Positions 1-6,126 of a stretch of 7,193 nucleotides of DNA are shown in pieces (positions within the stretch are counted from its first letter, which is position 1; each line of letters begins with the position of its first letter). Source of the stretch: a virus (taxonomy: Duplodnaviria; Heunggongvirae; Uroviricota; Caudoviricetes). Position numbers and translations under genes: made by a program. The DNA lies in IMG/VR virus record IMGVR_UViG_2579778894_000025, positions 1 through 7,193 of that record; one strand, given 5' to 3'. Below the pieces are notes generated by a model. The model made no database searches. It worked only from the letters and a program-made list of their open reading frames with translations, and had not been told where the DNA came from.

Positions 1-798
1 GTTAATGATTTCATGGATAGCGTCCACCATATTTGGTGTCCACTATTCTCTCAGGAATTTCAGGATCTGCCAGACGGTGCTGAGACGACGCTTACATCTG
101 AACGGGAAACAACAAAGAACCAGATCCGTGTCGCCTTGCCTGGCATTGTTCAGTCATTCGCTCCTGATGCGGTGACGGCGGTTGTACAGCCTGCTATCCG
201 TTACGTTGAAATTGATAACGACGGCAACCGCATTACCAAAAATTACCCATTGCTGGTGGATGTGCCAGTGGTATTCCCGCGTGGCGGAGGCTGTACGCTA
301 ACGTTTCCAGTTAAAGCCGGTGATGAATGTTTGGTGATTTTTGCCGATCGTTGTATTGATTTCTGGTGGCAGAGTGGCGGGATACAGGAGCCGGTCGATG
401 ACAGAATGCATGATTTATCGGATGCGTTTTGTATTGTCGGTCCCCAGTCGCAGGCAAGGAAGATTAGCGGTATTAATACCAGTGCCACACAGTTGCGTAG
501 TGATGACGGCAGCACCTATTTTGAGCTTAATCCTGATACCAGGAAAATTAAAATTGTCGCTCCGGGGGGCCTTGATGTGGTTGCCCCTCTGGCTGATTTT
601 TCTGAGAAAGTAACCATTCATGGCCTGTTAACCTGGATGGGAGGCATGGTGGGGTCTGTTGTTTCTGGTGTGGCTTCAAAAATCACTGGTGCTGTTGAGT
701 TTTTGGGTAGCGTGAAGGCTAACGGCAAGCCAATCGATGATACGCACACTCATGGTGGTGTTCAGCGCGGTGGAAGCAATACCGACGGAGTAAACTGA
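1..798 (+). CDS. Baseplate central spike protein (phage gpV / Mu gp45-like), possibly 5'-partial
   Basis: ORF track 13..798 (261 aa). The frame is open back to position 1 and no Shine-Dalgarno precedes ATG13, so the true start may lie upstream of the window. Central region (…LLVDVPVVFPRGGGCTLTFPVKAGDECLVIFADRCIDFWWQSGG…) resembles the OB-fold domain of gpV-type spikes; Gly-rich C-terminus ends …DDTHTHGGVQRGGSNTDGVN, resembling the His-containing apex of P2 gpV. Stop overlaps next start (TGATG, 796-800). Confidence 0.75.
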   Translation, partial: VNDFMDSVHHIWCPLFSQEFQDLPDGAETTLTSERETTKNQIRVALPGIVQSFAPDAVTAVVQPAIRYVEIDNDGNRITKNYPLLVDVPVVFPRGGGCTLTFPVKAGDECLVIFADRCIDFWWQSGGIQEPVDDRMHDLSDAFCIVGPQSQARKISGINTSATQLRSDDGSTYFELNPDTRKIKIVAPGGLDVVAPLADFSEKVTIHGLLTWMGGMVGSVVSGVASKITGAVEFLGSVKANGKPIDDTHTHGGVQRGGSNTDGVN

Positions 799-1151
799 TG
801 CGATACAGACGTGAAGACGCCGATGGCGATTATACCTTTGGCAGCGGTGATGACACTTGGCTGATTAACTCACCGGAGGCCGTGGCGCAGGCGGTAAAAA
901 CTCGATTCGAATTGTGGTATGGGCAATGGTTTCTCGACACCACCGAGGGGACTCCGTGGATCCAGTCCGTACTCGGTAAGCAGAAGCCGGAAACTTACAA
1001 CCTGGCGATCCGTAAGCGCATTCTGGAAACGCAGGGCGTTAAATCAATCCTCTCTTTCAATACGACGGTGGATACCACGACCCGACGTGTCATGTTTTCC
1101 GCTGAAATCGACACTCTCTATGGAATAACGACTGTTACATCGGAGGCGTAA
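798..1151 (+). CDS. Small baseplate protein (Mu gp46-position; gpW-like role inferred from synteny)
   Basis: ORF track 798..1151 (117 aa). GGAG at 787-790 upstream of ATG798. Start overlaps the upstream stop, and its own stop TAA (1148-1150) abuts ATG1151. Function assigned from position between gpV-like and gpJ-like genes, as in Mu/P2 baseplate modules; the sequence itself is not diagnostic to me. Confidence 0.6.
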   Translation: MRYRREDADGDYTFGSGDDTWLINSPEAVAQAVKTRFELWYGQWFLDTTEGTPWIQSVLGKQKPETYNLAIRKRILETQGVKSILSFNTTVDTTTRRVMFSAEIDTLYGITTVTSEA

Positions 1152-2350
1152 TGGCTCTGAACCTTGATTCTCTCGGTTTATCTGCAAAGGTAACCGCGGA
1201 GGGGATCAGTGCGCCTGATTATCAGACGATACTCAGCACCCTGATTAGCTATTTTCAGCAGATTTATGGCAGTGATGCCTACCTCGAACCGGACAGCAAA
1301 GACGGCCAGATGGTGGCTCTGATGGCGCTGGCGATTCATGATGCCAATAATATGGCGATAACTGTCTACAACTGTTTTTCACCGGCAACCGGCTATGGGG
1401 CTGCACTGACCAGTAACGTGAAAATAAATGGTATTTCACGTAAAGGCGCGACGAATTCTACGGTTGATTTGCTTCTTACAGGAACTGCCGGAACAACCAT
1501 CATTAATGGCAGCGTGAAAGACAGTAATAATGTGATATGGCGTTTGCCTGCTTCAGTGGTGGTCGGCGTGGATGGTACAGTGATGGTGACCGCAAAATGT
1601 TCCGTCAGTGGTGCAGTGGCGGCGCTGGCTGGAACTATCACTGAAATTAATACGCCAACCCGTGGCTGGGTTTCGGTAACCAATCCTGCTGCAGCTACTG
1701 TAGGCACTCCAGCAGAAACTGACGCGGAGTTACGTATCCGCCAGTCGCAAAGTGTTGCGTTGCCATCAATAACCCCATTTGAAGCACTGGATGGCGCTGT
1801 TTCTAATGTTACCGGTGTAACCCGCCACAAACTCTATGAAAACGATACTGGTTCGGAGGACGGCAACGGGTTACCGCCACACTCTGTTGCTGTAATTGTG
1901 GATGGCGGTGATGTAACGGATATTGCTCAGGCTATCAGAGGAAATAAAGGCCAGGGGACAGCCACTCACGGTACAACATCCGTTACGGTTCCGGATAAAT
2001 ACGGCAATCCCCATGTAATCAAATTCTCGCGTTCCAGTGATGTGCCTGTTTATGCCCGGATTAAATTAAAAGTTTTTACGGGTTATACCTCACAGATAGG
2101 GCAGCAGATCCAGCAGGCTATTTCCGACTATATCAATAGTCTGATGATTGGTGATTCGGTCCTTTTAAGTCGCATTTACTCACCGGCGAATCTTGGCGTG
2201 GTGAGTGGCGGGAATGCACGCTATTACGATATTCAGGAACTGACGATTGGGAAATCCCCGGGGGCTTTGTCGTCATCAAACATTGATATCAGATACAACG
2301 AATCTGCGTCCTGTACCCCGGAAAATATCGTTATAACGGTGGAGTCATGA
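1151..2350 (+). CDS. Baseplate J-like protein (P2 gpJ / Mu gp47 family)
   Basis: ORF track 1151..2350 (399 aa). GGAGG at 1142-1146, 4 nt before the ATG. Size and N-terminal character (MALNLDSLGLSAKVTAEGISAPDYQTILSTLISYF…) fit baseplate J family; position after gpV/gp46-like genes. Stop TGA (2348-2350) overlaps next start ATG2347 (ATGA). Confidence 0.75.
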   Translation: MALNLDSLGLSAKVTAEGISAPDYQTILSTLISYFQQIYGSDAYLEPDSKDGQMVALMALAIHDANNMAITVYNCFSPATGYGAALTSNVKINGISRKGATNSTVDLLLTGTAGTTIINGSVKDSNNVIWRLPASVVVGVDGTVMVTAKCSVSGAVAALAGTITEINTPTRGWVSVTNPAAATVGTPAETDAELRIRQSQSVALPSITPFEALDGAVSNVTGVTRHKLYENDTGSEDGNGLPPHSVAVIVDGGDVTDIAQAIRGNKGQGTATHGTTSVTVPDKYGNPHVIKFSRSSDVPVYARIKLKVFTGYTSQIGQQIQQAISDYINSLMIGDSVLLSRIYSPANLGVVSGGNARYYDIQELTIGKSPGALSSSNIDIRYNESASCTPENIVITVES

Positions 2351-3027
2351 GCAAATACACCGAACTAATCACAAACTACCACGCCACCAAACCTAAATTT
2401 CTTGCACATGTTGATCTGATGACCCGGCCACTTATTGATGTTGCGGCTGCCACCAGAGGGCTGATTACTGCATTTGATATTGACTCTGCGGTTGGTGTGC
2501 AACTTGACATTCTGGGATTGTGGATCGGACGTAGCCGTGTTGTCAGCCAGCCTATCTCAGGTGTCTATTTCAGCTGGGATACCGACGGGCTTGGATATGA
2601 TCAGGGGGTATGGCAGGGACCATACGATCCTGATTCAGGATACATGTACCTCAGCGATGAAACTTATCGTGTCATCCTTAAAGCGAAGATTGCGATTAAT
2701 AACTGGGACGGACGGAATGATTCGCTTCCGGCAATTCTTGACGCGGCAACAGCAGGATCCGGACTGCGAATGCAGATAGTCGATAACCATGACATGACGA
2801 TATCGGTCTGGGTCTTTCCTGATACTGATATTTCAGATGTATCGCGTGAGTTAATTGCGGCAATTAAACAGGGGTATCTCACAGTAAAAGCCGCCGGGGT
2901 ATGGGCGGGTGGCATTGAAACACCTTCGGTGGAAACCCCATCGGAAGGCTCAAAATTTTTTGGTTTTGATATGGATAACGAATTCATCAGTGGTTTTGAT
3001 GTAGGAGCATGGGGAGTATTACTCTGA
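2347..3027 (+). CDS. Tail/baseplate protein, gpI-like (Mu gp48 / e14 YmfQ-type, DUF2313-like)
   Basis: ORF track 2347..3027 (226 aa). ATGA overlap with upstream gene; stop TGA 3025-3027 overlaps the tail fiber start ATG3027 (TGATG). Assignment mainly by synteny, immediately upstream of the tail fiber gene as in Mu and e14. Confidence 0.65.
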   Translation: MSKYTELITNYHATKPKFLAHVDLMTRPLIDVAAATRGLITAFDIDSAVGVQLDILGLWIGRSRVVSQPISGVYFSWDTDGLGYDQGVWQGPYDPDSGYMYLSDETYRVILKAKIAINNWDGRNDSLPAILDAATAGSGLRMQIVDNHDMTISVWVFPDTDISDVSRELIAAIKQGYLTVKAAGVWAGGIETPSVETPSEGSKFFGFDMDNEFISGFDVGAWGVLL

Positions 3028-3659
3028 TGACGAAAAATGACTTTAAAGCGTTTGCAACGGATCGAAATGCCAATGTTATATCGCAGGAGGAATGGGAAGC
3101 GTTGCCCGCGCTTTTATCCGGATTTACAGCAGGGAAAGCATCCAGTGCGCAAGTCAATAAGGTTATTCGGCAGGCCAGCTTTATTGCTGCAGCTCTGGCC
3201 CAGTTTGTAAGTGATAAAACGCAACGGGATGTGCTTGATAATGGTGATCTGCCCGGTTTTGTTGAATTGCTGGGATCGGGGTTTGCTGTTGAATACCTGA
3301 GCCGCAAGAATCCGTTTGGTGATATCAAATCGGATGGCACGGTGAAAACGGCTCTCGAAAACCTTGGTTTTGGAGAAGGTGCTAACTGGGTTATGTTACC
3401 TGGAGGAATGATAATTCAGCGTGTTTATCTTGGATTTCCTGTCGGCACCAATGTAAGACACATAACTTTCCCCCGGTCGTTTACAACAACGAACTATTCA
3501 ATCTCAATTAACTGGAATGATATCGGTACTGCAACAACTGAAACACAATCTCCAGCAAATGTGGCGGTTGTTCATCAAACAAAATCATTAACAGGGGCCA
3601 GCATCTGGCAGGCAGGTCCCGGGGGATTTAATGTGGACATTATAGCGGTGGGGTATTGA
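3027..3659 (+). CDS. Tail fiber protein: constant N-terminal part (about 3027-3363) fused to variable C-terminal part inside the invertible segment (about 3366-3659)
   Basis: In-frame ATG3027 (MTKNDFKAFATDRNANVISQEEWEALP…) is preferred over the track's ATG3009 because it overlaps the upstream stop (TGATG) and has GGAG 10 nt upstream. 210 aa. A hix/gix-like crossover site lies at codons 109-117 (…TALENLGFGEG…). Confidence 0.8.
   Translation: MTKNDFKAFATDRNANVISQEEWEALPALLSGFTAGKASSAQVNKVIRQASFIAAALAQFVSDKTQRDVLDNGDLPGFVELLGSGFAVEYLSRKNPFGDIKSDGTVKTALENLGFGEGANWVMLPGGMIIQRVYLGFPVGTNVRHITFPRSFTTTNYSISINWNDIGTATTETQSPANVAVVHQTKSLTGASIWQAGPGGFNVDIIAVGY
3352..3377 (+). other. Site-specific inversion crossover site (hix/gix/pix-like), left
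   Basis: CTCTCGAAAACC-TT-GGTTTTGGAGAA: two 12-bp half-sites in inverted repeat (10/12 symmetric) around a 2-bp TT core, matching the remembered Hin/Gin/Cin/Pin site pattern TTnTCnAAAACC-NN-GGTTTnnGAnAA. Located inside the tail fiber ORF. Confidence 0.65.
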
Positions 3660-3786
3660 TATGTACGTATAGAGCACTAAAGCAAATGGCTTTTTCCCCA
3701 TATCGGAGAAAGAAAAATTTGAGGCATCAGGTCTGTGGCCTGATGATGGTGTAATAGTCAGTGAGGAAGAACATAAAAAGTTATTT

Positions 3787-4089
3787 ATGGATATTCCACC
3801 AGGAAAACAGATTGGAACACTGAATGGAAAACCAGCACTGATAGATATTCCTCAGCCGACCAAAAAGGAATTAATAGCTATTGCTGAAGTTAAAAAATCC
3901 CAATTACGGGAAAAAGCTGACAGTGAAATATCCTGGCGTCAGGATGCTGTTGATGCTGATATCGTAACTGATGAAGAAGCTACAAGTCTCACCCAATGGA
4001 AGAAATACCGTGTGCTGCTGATGCGTGTTGATACGTCAACAGCACCCGATATTGAATGGCCTACGCCTCCGGCAGTTCAGGCCAGATGA
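3787..4089 (+). CDS. Tail fiber assembly protein (Tfa family), apparently N-terminally truncated by an in-frame amber codon
   Basis: ORF track 3787..4089 (100 aa); C-terminus …EEATSLTQWKKYRVLLMRVDTSTAPDIEWPTPP is the conserved Tfa C-terminal motif. The same frame is open upstream to 3673 and encodes Tfa-like N-terminal sequence (STKANGFFPISEKEKFEASGLWPDDGVIVSEEE…), preceded by ATG3661-TAC-GTA-TAG(3670-3672). Confidence 0.7.
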   Translation: MDIPPGKQIGTLNGKPALIDIPQPTKKELIAIAEVKKSQLREKADSEISWRQDAVDADIVTDEEATSLTQWKKYRVLLMRVDTSTAPDIEWPTPPAVQAR

Positions 4090-4663
4090 CATCCGGCGCG
4101 GTGCTGGTATCTGTTGCCATCACCGCGTCAGTGTAATCCAGCACGGCGTTAAGGCGGGTGGTTTCTGCCTGCGTCAGCCTCCGCCCGGCCTGCAATTTCA
4201 GCTGAATCAGACTGATGGAAGCCATTGCTGCATCAATCAGTGACTGGCGCTGTGCTTCTGCCGCTTCGACTGCGGCGCTATGTTGTGCCTCAGCATCGGC
4301 CACCCATTTCTCACCATCCCATTTATCGTATGGCGTTAACGGTGCGAGAGTGGTTGTATTTTCGGGATAGTCGCCTGGTGCTGTGATTTCTTTGGCATCT
4401 CCCGTTTCGGTGTTATAGACAATTTCACCGCGATGGTCTGGTACATATTCCCATGAGTTAAAATCTGCTGAGCGGCAGATAGCATAACCAGCCTTATGTG
4501 TGCCAGGGGCATCCAAACAAGAAAATGCTGGGATACCGACGCCAACAGCAAGATATTCAGTTGATGTAGAAATATATTCTCGTGTTTCACCATCATAATT
4601 ATAAACGGTAATATCTCCCGCCTTTGTGGCGATGAGTTCCTTATTTAATATAGCTTTATCCAT
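4061..4663 (-). CDS. Tail fiber assembly protein (Tfa family, full length), partner of the alternative fiber C-terminus
   Basis: ORF track 4061..4663 (200 aa); C-terminus …RLNAVLDYTDAVMATDTSTAPDVIWPELPEA is the conserved Tfa motif. Start overlaps the stop of the upstream - strand fiber segment (TGATG). GAGGG lies about 10 nt upstream on the - strand. Confidence 0.85.
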   Translation of the reverse strand: MDKAILNKELIATKAGDITVYNYDGETREYISTSTEYLAVGVGIPAFSCLDAPGTHKAGYAICRSADFNSWEYVPDHRGEIVYNTETGDAKEITAPGDYPENTTTLAPLTPYDKWDGEKWVADAEAQHSAAVEAAEAQRQSLIDAAMASISLIQLKLQAGRRLTQAETTRLNAVLDYTDAVMATDTSTAPDVIWPELPEA

Positions 4664-5172
4664 CAGGCAGCCCTCACGATATAATTAAAGGCAATGTTAC
4701 GGGGTCGATTTTCGTTTGCAGTTGGAACAATTCTTGAAGCATCAAGGCCAATCACTTTTGGGTAAACAGCGCCATCTGTTCTTTCTGTCACCATACTTCT
4801 GGTTAAGGAGAAATAACTATTGTTCGTTGAGGGGTTCAAAGGCACTACTGCCCCCTTAAACGAGCCTACTGATTCCCATATTGAATAATTTTCGGTGTTT
4901 ACAGTCTTGAACTCACCATAGATATTACGTATGGCATCGCCCTGAGCGGATAATATTGTTCTCCCCGCATCCGCACTACGCCCATCATCCCAGCCACGAA
5001 TAAATTCACCGCGTAAATCAGGCAATTTATTTGTCGGGTAAGCCTTTGCCAGTTCCGGGTATTCTTCAGCAGAAAAAGCCGCACCATTGCATTTCAGCCA
5101 GCCTGTCGGCGGAGTGGCGTAAGGCCACGGAACAGGCACACCGACAGGTAATGCAGAGCCTTCTCCCAAACC
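4663..5172 (-). CDS. Alternative tail fiber C-terminal variable segment with collar-type end; promoterless gene segment expressed only after inversion
   Basis: - strand frame open from the crossover site; from the site inward it reads GLGEGSALPVGVPVPWPYATPPTGWLKCNGAAFSAEEYPELAKAYPTNKLPDLRGEFIRGWDDGRSADAGR…NIAFNYIVRAA, typical of phage tail-fiber collar C-termini (lambda Stf / P2 H-like ending). The track's Met at 5214 has no RBS and lies beyond the crossover site, so it is not taken as a real start. Confidence 0.75.
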   Translation of the reverse strand, partial: GLGEGSALPVGVPVPWPYATPPTGWLKCNGAAFSAEEYPELAKAYPTNKLPDLRGEFIRGWDDGRSADAGRTILSAQGDAIRNIYGEFKTVNTENYSIWESVGSFKGAVVPLNPSTNNSYFSLTRSMVTERTDGAVYPKVIGLDASRIVPTANENRPRNIAFNYIVRAA

Positions 5173-5186
5173 AACGTTTAAGAAAA
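5161..5186 (-). other. Site-specific inversion crossover site (hix/gix/pix-like), right, inverted relative to the left site
   Basis: Read on the - strand: TTTTCTTAAACG-TT-GGTTTGGGAGAA; 20/26 identical to the left site (hand alignment), with the same TT core and the same downstream GG-GAG-AAG-G coding GEG. Lies 56 bp upstream of the pin start. Confidence 0.6.
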
Positions 5187-5241
5187 TGCAGAGGTAACAG
5201 CTAACTGGCATCATCTCCGGTTTTTATTCAGGGGGATGATC

Positions 5242-5796
5242 ATGCTTATTGGCTATGTACGTGTGTCAACAAATGACCAGAACACAGACCTACAACGTAA
5301 TGCGCTGAACTGTGCAGGATGTGAGCTGATTTTTGAAGACAAGATAAGCGGTACAAAGTCCGAAAGGCCTGGACTGAAAAAACTGCTCAGGACATTATCG
5401 GCAGGTGACACGCTGGTGGTCTGGAAACTGGACCGGCTGGGGCGCAGTATGCGGCATCTTGTCGTGCTGGTGGAGGAGTTGCGCGAACGAGGCATCAACT
5501 TTCGTAGTCTGACTGATTCAATTGATACCAGCACACCAATGGGACGCTTTTTCTTCCATGTGATGGGTGCCCTGGCTGAAATGGAACGTGAACTGATTGT
5601 TGAACGAACAAAAGCAGGACTGGAAGCTGCTCGCGCACAGGGACGAATTGGTGGACGACGTCCCAAACTTACACCAGAACAATGGGCACAGGCCGGACGA
5701 TTAATTGCATCAGGAGTTCCTCGCCAGAAGGTGGCGATCATCTATGATGTTGGCATATCGACTTTGTATAAGAGGTTTCCGGTCGGAGATAAATGA
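5242..5796 (+). CDS. pin: Serine DNA invertase, Hin/Gin/Cin/Pin family
   Basis: ORF track 5236..5796; start refined to ATG5242 (MLIGYVRVSTNDQ…, 184 aa) with GGGGGA 6 nt upstream. Small serine recombinase hallmarks: catalytic Ser9 in VRVSTNDQ, conserved DRLGRS and GRFFFHVMGALAEMERELIVERT segments, C-terminal helix-turn-helix (QKVAIIYDVGISTLYKRF). Strong resemblance to Hin/Gin from memory. Confidence 0.9.
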   Translation: MLIGYVRVSTNDQNTDLQRNALNCAGCELIFEDKISGTKSERPGLKKLLRTLSAGDTLVVWKLDRLGRSMRHLVVLVEELRERGINFRSLTDSIDTSTPMGRFFFHVMGALAEMERELIVERTKAGLEAARAQGRIGGRRPKLTPEQWAQAGRLIASGVPRQKVAIIYDVGISTLYKRFPVGDK

Positions 5797-6100
5797 AACC
5801 GTAGCACGTCGTATGCAAGAACGTGCCACGGCTGGCTGATGGACGTTCGATAGCGCGAGTTTGAATGAAAATCAGCCGGAGATGATTTTACATAATTGCT
5901 ACGGAATTATTCAATAAAGGAATTGCTTGTGTCTGCATGGATTGACCTGAAATATTCCCGAAAATTTCTCTAAAAAACTCGAAAAAAATGGTAACTAATT
6001 GAATGTATTAATATGCAATGGTACGTGTTAGGGATTAAAAGATGAACGTAAATTTATTCAACGCATTAATTTTAAAGGGTTTTATTGTTTGTTGACGAAA

Positions 6101-6126
6101 ACAGGAATCGTGTTCGGTCTCTTTTT
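6101..6126 (+). ncRNA. sdsR: Putative 3'-terminal remnant of sRNA SdsR (RyeB), ending in a U-tract; the upstream part does not match
   Basis: ACAGGAATCGTGTTCGGTCTCTTTTT matches, to within one base, the 3' end of E. coli SdsR as I remember it (…ACAGGAAUCGUAUUCGGUCUCUUUUU). The upstream sequence does not match the remembered SdsR body. Position upstream of pphA on the same strand agrees with the K-12 locus order yebY-sdsR/ryeA-pphA. Memory-based, not verified. Confidence 0.35.

Larger units (their letters stand above)
3364..5174. mobile_element. Invertible DNA segment (~1.8 kb) controlling tail fiber C-terminus and tfa choice (Mu G / e14 P-region type)
   Basis: Bounded by two inverted 26-bp crossover sites (3352-3377 and 5161-5186) with the same TT core when read in inverted orientation. 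Contains two convergent tfa genes and a promoterless alternative fiber C-terminus on the - strand. A Pin-family invertase gene lies immediately outside. Confidence 0.7.
1..6100. mobile_element. Prophage, distal (tail fiber / invertase) end; right boundary approximate
   Basis: Contiguous phage structural genes plus invertase, followed by AT-rich non-coding DNA and then recognisable host genes (pphA, yebW-like). The exact att boundary is not determinable from this window alone; it is placed just before the putative SdsR 3' remnant. Confidence 0.65.

Noticed and set aside
243-621. Three ORFs of 68-90 aa (243-515 -, 341-613 +, 415-621 -) inside the gpV-like gene
   Set aside because: All are nested in or antisense to a longer ORF with recognisable spike-protein features; they have no RBS and low-complexity translations.
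919-1830. Alternative-frame and antisense ORFs (919-1128 +, 1245-1439 -, 1393-1830 -) inside the gp46-like and gpJ-like genes
   Set aside because: Embedded in tightly coupled structural genes; the translations are Arg/Ser/Pro-rich, typical of out-of-frame reading of coding DNA.
3009-3026. ATG3009 as the tail fiber start (track ORF 3009-3659)
   Set aside because: ATG3027 overlaps the upstream stop codon (TGATG) and has better SD spacing; ATG3009 would overlap the upstream gene by 19 nt with an SD only 1 nt away.
2474-3340. ORFs 2474-2779 +, 2664-2987 - and 2987-3340 - (101-117 aa) overlapping the gpI-like and tail fiber genes
   Set aside because: Antisense or alternative frame to genes with clear synteny-supported function; no independent support.
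4025-4596. ORFs 4025-4243 + (72 aa) and 4336-4596 - (86 aa) within the - strand tfa region
   Set aside because: One is antisense to and one is out of frame within a full-length, motif-bearing Tfa gene; judged spurious.
4899-5214. ORF 4899-5087 - (62 aa), and Met5214 as an independent start for the - strand fiber segment
   Set aside because: The 62-aa ORF is an alternative frame of the fiber C-terminal segment. Met5214 has no RBS and lies beyond the crossover site, so the segment is better explained as a promoterless cassette activated by inversion.
5253-5741. 162-aa ORF antisense to pin
   Set aside because: Arg/Ser/Pro-rich translation, fully antisense to a strongly recognisable invertase gene.
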